A stretch of DNA of 64,000 nucleotides from an uncultured delta proteobacterium (GCA_963727445.1 CAVSGI010000021.1:256001-320000), one strand, 5' to 3'; positions 28,954 through 39,505 are shown, counted from the stretch's first letter. Numbers and translations: made by a program. Notes: generated from the sequence alone by a model not told the origin.

Positions 28954-30579
28954 GTGCAATCGCGGCCGGAGAAAATCATCAAGGATCTCACGGGGTGGTC
29001 CGGGGGGTCGGGCATCGCCGATGCCCGGGCCTTCCTCCAGGAGCGCGTCGCCCGCTACGTCAAGGTGGTCGTCGGCTTCCTGGCCACCTTCTGGATCGTC
29101 GCGCGCCTCGCCCATCTCGCCATCAGCTACGAGCTCTTCGTCGAGCAGGCGACGTCGCCGCTGTCGCTGATCCACCTCTTCCTCACCTTCGGGCTCGCCC
29201 TCGACTACATGTACCTGCGGCGAGGCAGGCGGAGCCTCCGCATCCTCCACCTCTACGAGTCCATCGGCACGGTGCTGATCATGGCGGTCGTCGCCTATCA
29301 GCTGACCCTGTTGCCGGAGGACTTCCCCGCGATGTCGACGCTGCCGGTGCTCATCCTGATCCTGATGACGCGCGCCGCAATCGTTCCTTCGTCGGGACCG
29401 CGCACGTTCGTGGTGGGGCTCGGCGCCACCAGCTTGATGAGCCTCGCAGCGTATGTCTCGCTCAGGCCCGGGGCACACGACCTCGACCTCTTCGGCCGTG
29501 AGGCGCAGAGCGGCGCGATCGCCTTCTGGGGTATCGCCTTCTCCTTCGCTGCGGCCATCACCTCCAACGTCATCTACGGGCTGACCGAGCGCGTGCGCAA
29601 GGCGCTCGAGCTCGGGCAGTACCGCCTGCTCGAGAAGCTCGGCGAGGGTGGCATGGGTGCGGTGTACCGGGGCGAGCACGCGCTGCTCAAGCGGCCCACC
29701 GCCATCAAGCTCCTTCCACCGGAGAAGGCCGGTGAAGCGGCGGTGCGTCGATTCGAGCGTGAGGTCGTGCAGACCAGCCGCCTCGCCAACCCTCACACGG
29801 TCGCGATCTACGACTTCGGCCGTACGCCCGACGGCATCTTCTACTACGCGATGGAGTACCTCGAGGGCATCGATCTGCAGGACCTGGTCGACATCGACGG
29901 CCCGCAGCATCCAGCGCGCGTCGCCCGGATTCTCCTGGCGGCCGCCGAGTCGTTGCGCGAAGCGCACGGAGTGGGCCTGGTCCACCGCGACGTGAAGCCG
30001 GCGAACGTGATCCTCTGCAATCGCGGCGGGATCGCCGACATGGTGAAGGTCGTCGACTTCGGGCTGGTCAAGGAGATCGACGACCTCGGGAGCGTCGAGC
30101 AGAGCGCCATTGGCCCCATCGCCGGAACGCCCCTCTACCTCTCTCCCGAGGCCATCTCCGACCCGGCGGCCATGGACGGTCGCGCGGACATCTACGCCCT
30201 CGGCGCGGTGGCCTATTTTCTGCTCACCGGATCGCCGGTCTTCGATCTCCACAGCGTGGTCGAGGTCTGCGCGGCACATCTGCACCAGACGCCGGTTCCC
30301 CCGAGCCTTCGCCTCGGCGAGGAGCTCCCGATCCCTCTCGAGAAGATCGTGCTGCGCTGTCTGGAAAAGGATCCCGCGGCGCGATTCGATGCCGACGAGC
30401 TGATGAAGGCGCTGCGCGCCCTTGCGCTCGAGCCCTGGACCGACGACCAGGCACGCGCCTGGTGGCGGAGCTCGAGCGACGCCATCGCGGCACATCGCGA
30501 CGGCAAGCGCCAGCAGGGGGGCGCGCACGGTGCCGTGACTCTCGCGCTCATGAGAGAGCGGGACTCCGAAGCGGCCTGA
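28954..30579 (+). CDS. Ser/Thr protein kinase with N-terminal multi-TM region
   Basis: About 6 TM helices, then LGQYRL.EKLGEGGMGAVY, AIK, HRDVKPAN, DFG, GTPLYLSPE. Confidence 0.92.
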   Translation: MQSRPEKIIKDLTGWSGGSGIADARAFLQERVARYVKVVVGFLATFWIVARLAHLAISYELFVEQATSPLSLIHLFLTFGLALDYMYLRRGRRSLRILHLYESIGTVLIMAVVAYQLTLLPEDFPAMSTLPVLILILMTRAAIVPSSGPRTFVVGLGATSLMSLAAYVSLRPGAHDLDLFGREAQSGAIAFWGIAFSFAAAITSNVIYGLTERVRKALELGQYRLLEKLGEGGMGAVYRGEHALLKRPTAIKLLPPEKAGEAAVRRFEREVVQTSRLANPHTVAIYDFGRTPDGIFYYAMEYLEGIDLQDLVDIDGPQHPARVARILLAAAESLREAHGVGLVHRDVKPANVILCNRGGIADMVKVVDFGLVKEIDDLGSVEQSAIGPIAGTPLYLSPEAISDPAAMDGRADIYALGAVAYFLLTGSPVFDLHSVVEVCAAHLHQTPVPPSLRLGEELPIPLEKIVLRCLEKDPAARFDADELMKALRALALEPWTDDQARAWWRSSSDAIAAHRDGKRQQGGAHGAVTLALMRERDSEAA

Positions 30580-30607
30580 GGTGTTGCGCCGGAGCCGCTT
30601 CGGCTCC

Positions 30608-31519
30608 ATGGTCTCGGCTTCCCCGCCCATGCGCTTCCCCCACATCGCCTATGGCACTCCGCGCAAGCTGCCCAAGGCTTCGAAGCTGCCGGGGCGCGTC
30701 GTCGTCCTCGACGTCGCCTTCGCCTCCGAGGCGGGGGGCGTCAGCTTCGACAAGATCACCAAGAAGCTGATCGACGGCCTCGGCGATCGCCTGGCGATGT
30801 GGATCGATCACCACGACCACGCGCTCCAGGCGGAGTATTCGAAGGACCCGCGCTTCATCCTCGCCACCAAAGCGGAGCACGGCGCCTGTCCCGAGATGAT
30901 CACCCCCGAGCTGGTCGAACGCGCCGGGCCCATCGACACCATCTGCTGTCACGTGGACTTCGACGGGCTCTGCTCGGCCGCCAAGTGGATCCGCGGCGGT
31001 GAAGAACCCTATGAAGGCGCCGACGACGACGCGCGCGCCATCGACACCCGCATCGGCAAGCCCTCCGAGGTCGCGGCCGTCATGGACCGCGCCCTTCGCG
31101 CGCGTCCCCGCGACGACGCCCTCAAGGGATTGATCATCCGCTTCCTGGTCACGGGCGCCGAAGACCGCGGGCTCTTCGCGCAGGTCGAGAAAGCGGCCGA
31201 AGGGCTCGGGCGGATGGAGGACGAGGCGCGCCGGCTCGCCAAGGAGTACCGCTTCGTCGGCGACGTCGCCGTCGTCGACGCGCGCGAGCGCAAGGGTCCC
31301 TACGACAAGACGCTGCTGCTCCTGATCGGGCAGGAGCGCGCGCCGATCTCCGTGGTCCACGACGAGTCGGCGGTCACCGCCGCGGCCCGCTTCGACAGCG
31401 GTATCGACCTGCTTCGCATCCTCGGCCTCAGCGGCGGCATGCCCACCCGGGTGAGCGTCGCGCCCAAAAAGCTCGAGGAGACCCTCGAGCTGCTCAAGAA
31501 TCGCAAGAGCAGCGGCTGA
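30608..31519 (+). CDS. DHH-family phosphoesterase-like protein with permuted motif order
   Basis: VVVLD, WIDHH, CHVDFDG, AIDT; alternative start at 30629. Confidence 0.75.
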   Translation: MVSASPPMRFPHIAYGTPRKLPKASKLPGRVVVLDVAFASEAGGVSFDKITKKLIDGLGDRLAMWIDHHDHALQAEYSKDPRFILATKAEHGACPEMITPELVERAGPIDTICCHVDFDGLCSAAKWIRGGEEPYEGADDDARAIDTRIGKPSEVAAVMDRALRARPRDDALKGLIIRFLVTGAEDRGLFAQVEKAAEGLGRMEDEARRLAKEYRFVGDVAVVDARERKGPYDKTLLLLIGQERAPISVVHDESAVTAAARFDSGIDLLRILGLSGGMPTRVSVAPKKLEETLELLKNRKSSG

Positions 31520-31520
31520 T

Positions 31521-31970
31521 TCAGGGACAGGTCGGCATGCAGGTGCCGAAGCCGAAGCCCGGGGCCAGCTCGCAGCACATCTGACCAGCTGGGCAGTCCA
31601 ACATCCCCGGGATACAGACCCCGGCGTCGCCCAGGGGCAGGCCGGAGTCGGTGACGGGAAAGCCGCTGTCGGTGACGGGGAAACCCGTGTCCGGGGTGCC
31701 GGTGTCGGTGCGTCCCGAGTCGAAGGGCGGGGTGCTGGTGTCCCGCGTTCCGGTGTCGACGCTGCCCGAGTCCCTGGTGGTGCTGGTGTCCGGCACGGCG
31801 GAGTCGAAGGGGGTCGCGTCCAAGAGGCTCGAATCCGTCGAGCCGTCGATCGTCGTGGTCCCGGTGTCGAAACGCCCGCCGCCGCCGCGGCGGTTGGTGC
31901 ACCCGAAGGTCACGAGGACGAGAGCCGAAGCCAGAGCGAGGAGCGAAAGCGAGCGGGGAAAGCGAGACAT
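31521..31970 (-). CDS. Small low-complexity lipoprotein with DTG/DSG repeats and Cys-rich tail
   Basis: MSRFPRSLSLLALASALVLVTFGC; C-terminal C.....DCP.GQ.CC........C...CP. Confidence 0.7.
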   Translation of the reverse strand: MSRFPRSLSLLALASALVLVTFGCTNRRGGGGRFDTGTTTIDGSTDSSLLDATPFDSAVPDTSTTRDSGSVDTGTRDTSTPPFDSGRTDTGTPDTGFPVTDSGFPVTDSGLPLGDAGVCIPGMLDCPAGQMCCELAPGFGFGTCMPTCP

Positions 31971-32063
31971 CCGTTCAAGGATACTCCCCTCACGGCCCGT
32001 TTCTACCCTCCGCCGCGTGCATCCGGCTTGCGGGCCCCGAGGACCCTCTACTACCATTCTTCG

Positions 32064-33152
32064 ATGGCGCTGACGCTCGCTGATCTCGAACGGCTTCCGA
32101 AGACGGATTTGCACGTTCACCTCGATGGTTCCCTCCGCCTCTCGACCATTCTCGAGCTGGCCGAACAGGACGAAATCGACCTCCCCGCGAGCGATCCCGA
32201 CGGCCTCGCCCGTGCGATGCACCTGGGCGAGAACACGGGGTCGCTCGTCGAATACCTCAAGGCCTTCGACATCACGCTGCGCGTGATGCAGACCGAGGAC
32301 GCCCTGCGCCGGATCGCCTTCGAGCTGGCGGAAGACGCCGCGAACGAGAGCGTCCGCTACATGGAGGTGCGCTACGCGCCCATGCTCCATACGCGGCGCG
32401 GGCTCCGGCTGACCCAGGTGGTGGAAGCGGTGCTCGAAGGGCTCAACCAGGGCCAGGCCGAGTTCGGCATCCAGTCCAACATCATCATCTGCGGCATTCG
32501 CAACATCTCGCCCGAGTCTTCCCTCGAGATGGCGCAGCTCGCCGTCGCTTACAAGAACCGCGGTGTCGTGGCCTTCGATCTCGCCGGCGCCGAGTACGAC
32601 CACCCGGCCAAACATCATCTGCCGAGCTTTCAGCTGGTCCGCGACAACAACATCAACGTCACCATCCACGCCGGCGAGGCGTACGGCCCGCAATCGATCC
32701 ACCAGGCGATCCACGATTGCGGCGCGCACCGTATCGGTCACGGCTGTCGCCTGCGCGAGGACGGCGGGCTACTCCACTACGTCAACGATCACCGCATCGC
32801 CCTCGAGTGCTGTCCGAGCTCGAACGTGCAAACCGGCGCAGTGCGCGACCTCGCGAGTCACCCGCTCAAGCTCTATCACAACCTCGGGCTCAGGGTGACG
32901 ATCAACACCGACAACAGGTTGATCACCGACACCACGGTCTCGCGCGAGCTCTGGCTCTGTCACACCCAGATGGGTCTCGACTGGGAAGACCTCCGGCGCA
33001 TCATCACCAACGGCTTCAAGGCGGCGTTCCTGCCGTTCCATCAGAAGCAGTCCATGCTTCGCCGCGTCACCGCCGAGCTCAAGGAGTTCACGGCGGGCGA
33101 CGACAAGAAGGCGAGCGCCGACAAGGACGAGCGCGAAACCGCCGGCGCCTGA
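32064..33152 (+). CDS. add: Adenosine deaminase
   Basis: LPKTDLHVHLDGS, YMEVRYAP, FDLAGAE, HAGE, RIGHG, CPSSN, INTDN. Confidence 0.95.
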   Translation: MALTLADLERLPKTDLHVHLDGSLRLSTILELAEQDEIDLPASDPDGLARAMHLGENTGSLVEYLKAFDITLRVMQTEDALRRIAFELAEDAANESVRYMEVRYAPMLHTRRGLRLTQVVEAVLEGLNQGQAEFGIQSNIIICGIRNISPESSLEMAQLAVAYKNRGVVAFDLAGAEYDHPAKHHLPSFQLVRDNNINVTIHAGEAYGPQSIHQAIHDCGAHRIGHGCRLREDGGLLHYVNDHRIALECCPSSNVQTGAVRDLASHPLKLYHNLGLRVTINTDNRLITDTTVSRELWLCHTQMGLDWEDLRRIITNGFKAAFLPFHQKQSMLRRVTAELKEFTAGDDKKASADKDERETAGA

Positions 33153-33158
33153 CGGTAC

Positions 33159-33956
33159 GTGAAGCCCGCGGCACTCTTCGATTCTCATTGCCACCTCGAC
33201 TTCGCCGCTTTCGATGCCGATCGCGACGCGGTGGTTTCACGCGCGCGCGATGCCGGTATCGTCGGTATGACGGTGGCCGGCGTGCACCCCCGTGATTGGC
33301 GCGCCATCGCGGCCCTCGGGGCGCGCTATCCGGAGGTTCACGCGACGGTGGGCGTTCATCCGCAGGCGCTCCTCGCGCTCGACGACAGCGCCCTGTCGAA
33401 GGCCCTCGAAGCGCTGATCCCCGAGGCGAAGGCGAACCGGGCGGTGGCCATCGGGGAGACCGGCTTCGACGGACACGTCGAAAGGGCTGGTGTGGGGTAC
33501 GACCTGCAGGGGCGGGTGGTGGACCGACATCGAGACGCCGCCGAGGCCCTGGGGCTGCCCGTGATCTTCCACATCCTCCGCGCCCACGGGCCGGCGCTGG
33601 CCCACCTCGAAGCGCGTGGCCCGCTCCCCCACGGCGGCGTGGTCCACAGCTACAGCGGGTCGCCGGAGCTCGTCGATCGCTACGTCGCGTTGGGGCTCTA
33701 CCTGAGCTTCGCGGGCAACATCACGCGCCCGAACGCCAAGAGGCCCCGCCTCGCGGCGGCGCGCGTCCCGGCGCGGCGCCTCCTGATCGAGACCGATGCG
33801 CCGGATCAACCGCTTCACGACGCGACGACCTCGCGGAACGAGCCCACCGCGCTCCTCGCGATCGTCGAGGCCGTGGCCGGGGCGCGCGGACAGAGCGCCG
33901 ACGAGGTCGCACGGCTCACCACCGACAACGCGCGCGCGTTGTATGGTCTCGCCTGA
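33159..33956 (+). CDS. tatD: TatD family deoxyribonuclease
   Basis: DSHCHLD, GVHP, AIGETGFD, GVVHSYSGS, LIETDAP, RNEP. Confidence 0.93.
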   Translation: MKPAALFDSHCHLDFAAFDADRDAVVSRARDAGIVGMTVAGVHPRDWRAIAALGARYPEVHATVGVHPQALLALDDSALSKALEALIPEAKANRAVAIGETGFDGHVERAGVGYDLQGRVVDRHRDAAEALGLPVIFHILRAHGPALAHLEARGPLPHGGVVHSYSGSPELVDRYVALGLYLSFAGNITRPNAKRPRLAAARVPARRLLIETDAPDQPLHDATTSRNEPTALLAIVEAVAGARGQSADEVARLTTDNARALYGLA

Positions 33957-34595
33957 CATGCCGGTCCATGGTTTTCATCCCGAGCTCCTGCCGCTCTTCC
34001 GCCGTCTCGAAGGGGAGCGCACCCTGCTCACGCCCATGGCTCCCGGCGACGGCCCGGCGATCTACGAAGCGGTCGACGAGGATCGCGCACACCTGCGCGC
34101 CTGGCTTCCCTGGGTCGATCATCACCAGGAGAGCGACGACAGCGAGGCTTTCGCGCGCCGGGCGGCGGCATGTGGCTCACCCGCGAAGACCTGATCGTCG
34201 CCATCCGTTCGCGCGACGGGACGATGCTCGGGGGCTCGGGCCTTCACCGGATCGACTGGGAGCGGCGCGCCTTCGAGATCGGCTATTGGATCCGCAAGAG
34301 CGCTACCGGCAAGGGGCACGTCACCGAGGCCGTCCAGCTCCTCACGGCCGTCTGCTTCGACCGACTCGACGCGAGCCGCGTCGAGATCCGTTGCGATCCG
34401 AAGAACGTGAAGAGCAGCGCGGTGCCCGAGCGTCTGGGTTACCTCCAGGAGGCGTTGCTCCGGAGCCAGTCACGTGGCACCGACGGCTCGCTCCGCGACA
34501 CGCTGGTCTACGCGCTGACCCCCACCTCTTTCATGGGCGCAGACTGGGCGCCGAAGGCCCGGCGGCTGGTGGCAGCGGCCGATCGCGACGGGTGA
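33943..34595 (+). pseudogene. RimJ/RimL-family GNAT N-acetyltransferase with a -1 frameshift near 34168
   Basis: HLRAWLPWV in one frame; EIGYW....TGKG..TEA, N.KS.AVPERLGY in the next frame. Confidence 0.8.
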
Positions 34596-34613
34596 AGTGC
34601 CACAGTAGGCCTT

Positions 34614-35900
34614 TCAAGCACCCGGCAGAAAACGGCGACGGCGCTCCTGCCGGATCTGTTTCGGCTCGGGTAGCCCCTCGAAGAAGCCGATGCTGCGCAG
34701 GAATCGCGCCATCTCGCGCAGATAGGCGCCGCGGTCGAAGTGCAGCACGTGGTTGCCCGGGAACCAGTGAAGGCGACAGCGGTCCCAGTGTTCCCAGAGC
34801 AGCCGCGCCTGCTTCGGGGGCGCCAAACGGTCGCCGACGCCGCCGATCACCATGAGCCTTCGCTTGTCGATCCGCGGTGGATAGGTGAGGGGGCTGGTCA
34901 CGGCCAGCAGAAAGCGCGCGTCTTTGATCCGCCGGCGCATCACGCGGAGGCTGGTGCGCATCAGCGTGTTCAGTGGGCGCCACTCCATCATCAGATCGGC
35001 GAGAGAGACCACCGGCACGTTGGGGATCGAAAAGGCGAGGCGATCGTCGACCGACGCCAGGAGCGCCGCGGTGAAGCCACCGAGGCTCACCCCCGTCACG
35101 CCCACGCGCGGGACCCGGTGGGTCTCGAGCAGGTGATTCATCAAGATGCGAATGTCGTAGATGGCCTGACCGAAGGCCTCGTTGATGCGCGCGATGCCGC
35201 CCGCGAAGAACCCGTGTCCGCTGAAGGGTGAAAAGCGCGTACGGCGCTGGCCGTGGAAAGGCAGCGTACAGAGCATCACGTCGAAGCCGAGGCGATAGAG
35301 CCACGGGATCGCGAAGAAGACCTCGTTCAGGTGGTAGAGGTCGGCGTTGAATCCGTGGATCGCCAGCACCGTCGGGCGCGGCCCTCGTCCGTGGCGCCAC
35401 CAGCGCGCCCGCGCGACGCGATTGTTCGCGTGACGAAGGTAGCCGTCGCGGATGCGCGGGTTGACCGGGACGTAGGGGCTCGCGAAGCTCAGATCGAGGC
35501 AGGCGCCGTCGGGTGGACGAAAGAGCGGCATGCGCGCGCGCGAGACGCGGATGGGGACCGCGCGCGGCGGTCGGCGGAAGAACGCGTCGGGGTCCCGCGC
35601 TTCGACCATCGGCCCGATGAGCTCGCGATCCTCGAGGGCGCGCCTGAGGGCGATGGGATGAAAGCCGATCGGGTAGGCGAGGGCGCTCACCGCCGTGCCG
35701 GCGAGGGTGCGCACCGTGTAGTCCCACGCAGCGCCGGCGCGCACCTGGAGCGACTCCATGAGCTCGAGCTGGAAGACCTCGGGTTGCTGCGCGAAGTCCT
35801 CCGGCAGCTCGTCCCACCAGCGATTCCCGGGTTGATGAACCGGCGCGTCGACACAGGCCGCGTGCGCGATCCGAGAGACGATGGCGCTCCTGGGCGTCAT
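34614..35900 (-). CDS. Alpha/beta hydrolase
   Basis: IHGF, LPFHG.R, nucleophile GVSLGG, GDRL, FPGNH. Confidence 0.88.
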   Translation of the reverse strand: MTPRSAIVSRIAHAACVDAPVHQPGNRWWDELPEDFAQQPEVFQLELMESLQVRAGAAWDYTVRTLAGTAVSALAYPIGFHPIALRRALEDRELIGPMVEARDPDAFFRRPPRAVPIRVSRARMPLFRPPDGACLDLSFASPYVPVNPRIRDGYLRHANNRVARARWWRHGRGPRPTVLAIHGFNADLYHLNEVFFAIPWLYRLGFDVMLCTLPFHGQRRTRFSPFSGHGFFAGGIARINEAFGQAIYDIRILMNHLLETHRVPRVGVTGVSLGGFTAALLASVDDRLAFSIPNVPVVSLADLMMEWRPLNTLMRTSLRVMRRRIKDARFLLAVTSPLTYPPRIDKRRLMVIGGVGDRLAPPKQARLLWEHWDRCRLHWFPGNHVLHFDRGAYLREMARFLRSIGFFEGLPEPKQIRQERRRRFLPGA

Positions 35901-36002
35901 CCGAGCCCCCCGGCTCCAGGCAGTGGCACCTGCGCATCATATCACCTCCGGGCCTGGGACCGGCCTTGCGCCCCCCCTTGCCAGAGGGTACAGAGGGCGC
36001 CG

Positions 36003-36926
36003 GTGGAGGACCTGAGCGTCATAATTCCCTCGTATAACGGCCAAGAACATCTGGGCCGGACGCTCGAGGATCTGTTGGCCATCGCCCCCGACGCCGAGGT
36101 GATCGTCGTCGATGGGGGCTCGAGCGACGGCAGCCGCCAGCTGGTGACGGGCGACTACCCGAACGTCCGCCTCCTCGAGGTCAAGAACCACGGATTCAGC
36201 TACGCCACCAATCGCGGCGTGGAGGCCTCCACCCGCAGCCTGGTGCTCTTGCTCAACTCCGATCTCTTCCTGAATCGGAAGTGCCTTCAGATGATGGCTC
36301 GGACCCTCCGGACGCACCCGGAGGTCGGCGCGGTGGGACCGCACCTCTTCAATCCGGATGGGACGCGGCAGCATCACTTCAGCTGGCCCTACTACCCGCG
36401 CTACCTGCCGTCCCTCGCGGGGCCGCTCCCCGTCGGCGTGCTCTGCGGCGCGTGCATCATGACGCGCCGCGAGGTCATCGCGGAGGTCGGCGGACTCGAC
36501 GAGTCCTTCTTCCTCTACAACGAGGAGCTCGACTGGTGTAAGCGGGTGCGCCTCGCTGGCTATCGGCTCCACCTGCTCCCCGTCGGAGCGGTGCACGTGG
36601 GTGGCGGCTCGACCACCCCCTCGCCCGAGCTGCTCCTCGAGCGTTATCGCGGCTACCTCTACCTCATCGACAAGCGACACCCGCGACCCTTCGTGGAGTC
36701 CGTGCGCCGTCTGATGCAGCTCAAGGCCTGGTTCTTCAAGCACACGGATCACGAGCCCGAGTGGCGCTCGATGTGGCGGCGCCTCGAGCGCCTCGCCGCG
36801 GAGCGCGAGTACGACGAGAGCCCCTTCGAGCGGAGCGGGCGCGGGATCCCCTCGCTTTCGCCCCAGCCGGTGCCGCCCGAGCACGAAGAGGGCCGCGCGC
36901 TCGAGCTGGACACGGCCGCGGAATAG
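36003..36926 (+). CDS. Glycosyltransferase family 2
   Basis: SVIIPSYN, IVVDGGSSDGS, GF..A.N.G, LLLNSD, GLDESFFLYNEELDWC.R. Confidence 0.92.
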   Translation: MEDLSVIIPSYNGQEHLGRTLEDLLAIAPDAEVIVVDGGSSDGSRQLVTGDYPNVRLLEVKNHGFSYATNRGVEASTRSLVLLLNSDLFLNRKCLQMMARTLRTHPEVGAVGPHLFNPDGTRQHHFSWPYYPRYLPSLAGPLPVGVLCGACIMTRREVIAEVGGLDESFFLYNEELDWCKRVRLAGYRLHLLPVGAVHVGGGSTTPSPELLLERYRGYLYLIDKRHPRPFVESVRRLMQLKAWFFKHTDHEPEWRSMWRRLERLAAEREYDESPFERSGRGIPSLSPQPVPPEHEEGRALELDTAAE

Positions 36927-36940
36927 CGCACGCTCCGTCC

Positions 36941-37795
36941 ATGCCGTTGCCACTCGCTCCAGGACAGCGCGGGATCGATCCCGCTCGCGAACCCGAGCCC
37001 GAGCTTCGAACCCACCGCCGTTTCGACCGCGCGGCGCGCCTCTTCGGTGAGGAGGGCCTGCATCGCCTGATGAAGGCGCGCGTCTTGATCTTCGGGATGG
37101 GTGGCGTCGGCTCCTTCACCGCCGAGGCGCTGGCGCGTTCGGGGGTGGGGTACCTCGGCCTGATCGATTTCGACGACGTCTGCGTCACCAACGCGAACAG
37201 GCAGCTCCACGCGCTCAAGGGCAACATCGGCAAGAAGAAGGTGGAGGTCATGGCAGAGCGCCTTCGCCTCGTTCATCCGCCGAGCGAGGTCGAGCCGATC
37301 GCGGAGTTCTACGAGGCCGAGACCTCTGCCCGGCTCCTCGACGGCCAGGTGGACTACGTCGTCGACGCCATCGACAACATGAAGGCGAAGGCGCACCTGC
37401 TCGCGACCTGTCTCGAACGGGGCATTCCGGTCGTCTCTTCCATGGGCGCGGCGGCGCGGATGGACCCCACCCAGATCCGCTCCGGCGACCTCTCCGAGAC
37501 CTTCCGCGACCCCTTCGCCAAGAGCCTGCGCAAGATGCTGCGCCGCGACTACGCGATCGCTTGCGAGCGCGGGACGCCGGTGGGCATCGAGGCCGTCTAC
37601 AGCCTCGAGCAGCCCCTCGCTCCGCTCTCCCTGAGTTACGACGGTGAGACCGGGTTCCAGTGCGTCTGCCCCAACGGTAGCAACGGCAAGCACACCTGCG
37701 AGCGCCGCTCGCGGATCGACGGGAGCGCTGCCTTCGTGACCGGGGCCTTCGGCCTCGCCTGCGCCAGCGTGGTGGTGCGGGCCTTCGCGAGATAG
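36941..37795 (+). CDS. tcdA: tRNA threonylcarbamoyladenosine dehydratase (ThiF family)
   Basis: GMGGVGS..AEALARSGVG, DFD.V..TN.NRQ, DYVVDAID, SSMGAA..MDPT, VYS.E, GS..FVTGAFG. Confidence 0.88.
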   Translation: MPLPLAPGQRGIDPAREPEPELRTHRRFDRAARLFGEEGLHRLMKARVLIFGMGGVGSFTAEALARSGVGYLGLIDFDDVCVTNANRQLHALKGNIGKKKVEVMAERLRLVHPPSEVEPIAEFYEAETSARLLDGQVDYVVDAIDNMKAKAHLLATCLERGIPVVSSMGAAARMDPTQIRSGDLSETFRDPFAKSLRKMLRRDYAIACERGTPVGIEAVYSLEQPLAPLSLSYDGETGFQCVCPNGSNGKHTCERRSRIDGSAAFVTGAFGLACASVVVRAFAR

Positions 37796-37804
37796 TCTCC
37801 GTCC

Positions 37805-39502
37805 ATGCGGGCTGGGCTTGTCTTCTCTGCGATCGCGCTGATCGTCTCGGGGTGCGGTGATGATGGGGCCGGTGACGCGGGCGACGCGACCATGGACGCA
37901 CCGGGCGACGCCATGGATGCGGCGATGGACAGCCGCACCTTCCCCGACGGTCGCGCCGGCGACACCGGCATCGAGTGGCCCGACGCCGGCCCACCTCCGA
38001 CGGGCTGTGAGCTCCTCGGCGACGGAGGCACAGCGATGGACGCCGGCGGTGACGCAGGGACGCTCCCCGAGCTCGCGCCCGAGCCGAACGCCTATCCGCC
38101 GCTGCACGGCCCCGGGGGCCCGGCCACCACCTTCACCGACGATCGACTGATCACCCCCTGCGCCTACCTCGACGGCGGCGAGAGCGATCGCGACCACCAC
38201 AACACGGTGGCCATGGTCGACGGATACCTCTTCATGCCCTGGGCCCACGAGGGGGGCTTCGGGGGCCTCTCGGTCTTCGAGTTCGACGAGCCCTGCGCGC
38301 CGGTGCCGGTCGCGACCGTGACCGAGGAGCAGATGCGCGAAACCCACGCGGCCGGCATCGCAACCATCGACGGCCGTCGCTACATGGTCACCACCTCGCT
38401 CACCGGCATCCTCTTCTGGGACATCACGGATCCGACCGCGCCCTTCCTGGTCACCGACTTCACCTTGCCCGGTGTCGTCTATCCCGACTCCTACGCGCGG
38501 GTGGTCCTCAGCATCTTCTGGCAGGCGCCCTACGTCTACGTCGGCGCCGCTGACAACGGGGTCTTCGTCGTGGACGCATCGGATCCGTCGGCCCCGGTGC
38601 TGCTGAACACCTACGAGCCGCTCCCCGATCTGCGCGTCGGCGGCGTGTATGCGATCGGGACCTTGCTCGTGATCCAGGCGGCGGAGGGCATCCGCACCAA
38701 CCTGGTCGACATCTCCGATCCGGCCCGCCCACGCGTCATCCCGGGCGGCACCTACATCACGACCGACGGAACCACCGACCGATTCGGCGCCCCCACGCTC
38801 AAGACCGCGTACTTCGGTCACGTGAACGGCAACCGGGCCTATTACGCCCGGAACTTCCTCGGAGGCGGGCTGGTCATCTTCGACATCTCGGATCCCGGCG
38901 CTCCCGAGTTCCTGGGCAACTGGGATGCGCCGCCGATCGCCAACGGGGGTTACGTCTTCTTCAAGGAGGGAGAAGCCTTCGTGGGGCAGTCGAACTACGG
39001 GGTCTCCCTCGACGTCTCCGATCCTTCCGCCATGACGATGCAGGCGCGCTTCGAGATGACCGGCGACCTCGACACCATCGTGCCGATCGGAAACGTGGTG
39101 GCGGTGAGCGTCGACGACGACTCCGTTCCGGATCAGGCCACCAACGTGATGCCCTACCGCGCGGCCCCGGATACGCGCCCGCCGGAGGTGAACATGGTGG
39201 TGCCGCGCGACGGCGCGACCGACGTCGCCATCTCCGCGCGCGTCGGGCTGACCTTCACCGAGTTCGTGGAGATCGGGACCGTCTTCCGGGGCTCCTTCCG
39301 CGTCGAGGAGATGGGCTCGGGCCGCCCCGTGCCGGGCACCTACTCGGGGCAGGAGGGCGCCGTCAGCTTCCACCCGGACGAGCCCCTTCGTCCGAGCACC
39401 ACCTACGAGGTGATTGTACCGATCGGCGGCGTCACCGACGTCTCGGGCAACCCGGTCGCCGTCGAGCATCGCTCGACGTTCACGACCGTCGCTTGTCCTT
39501 GA
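37805..39502 (+). CDS. Lipoprotein with LVIVD-type beta-propeller and C-terminal Ig-like (Big_5) domain
   Basis: VSGC lipobox; repeats YVGA...GV.VVDASDPSAP and GLVIFDISDP; P.DGATDV....F.E...F.P...L...TTY. Confidence 0.8.
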   Translation: MRAGLVFSAIALIVSGCGDDGAGDAGDATMDAPGDAMDAAMDSRTFPDGRAGDTGIEWPDAGPPPTGCELLGDGGTAMDAGGDAGTLPELAPEPNAYPPLHGPGGPATTFTDDRLITPCAYLDGGESDRDHHNTVAMVDGYLFMPWAHEGGFGGLSVFEFDEPCAPVPVATVTEEQMRETHAAGIATIDGRRYMVTTSLTGILFWDITDPTAPFLVTDFTLPGVVYPDSYARVVLSIFWQAPYVYVGAADNGVFVVDASDPSAPVLLNTYEPLPDLRVGGVYAIGTLLVIQAAEGIRTNLVDISDPARPRVIPGGTYITTDGTTDRFGAPTLKTAYFGHVNGNRAYYARNFLGGGLVIFDISDPGAPEFLGNWDAPPIANGGYVFFKEGEAFVGQSNYGVSLDVSDPSAMTMQARFEMTGDLDTIVPIGNVVAVSVDDDSVPDQATNVMPYRAAPDTRPPEVNMVVPRDGATDVAISARVGLTFTEFVEIGTVFRGSFRVEEMGSGRPVPGTYSGQEGAVSFHPDEPLRPSTTYEVIVPIGGVTDVSGNPVAVEHRSTFTTVACP

Positions 39503-39505
39503 GGA

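Noticed and set aside
32064..33956. Adenosine deaminase plus TatD as an anti-phage system (RADAR/Qat-like)
   Set aside because: Both look like standard-length housekeeping enzymes, with no partner ATPase or QueC.
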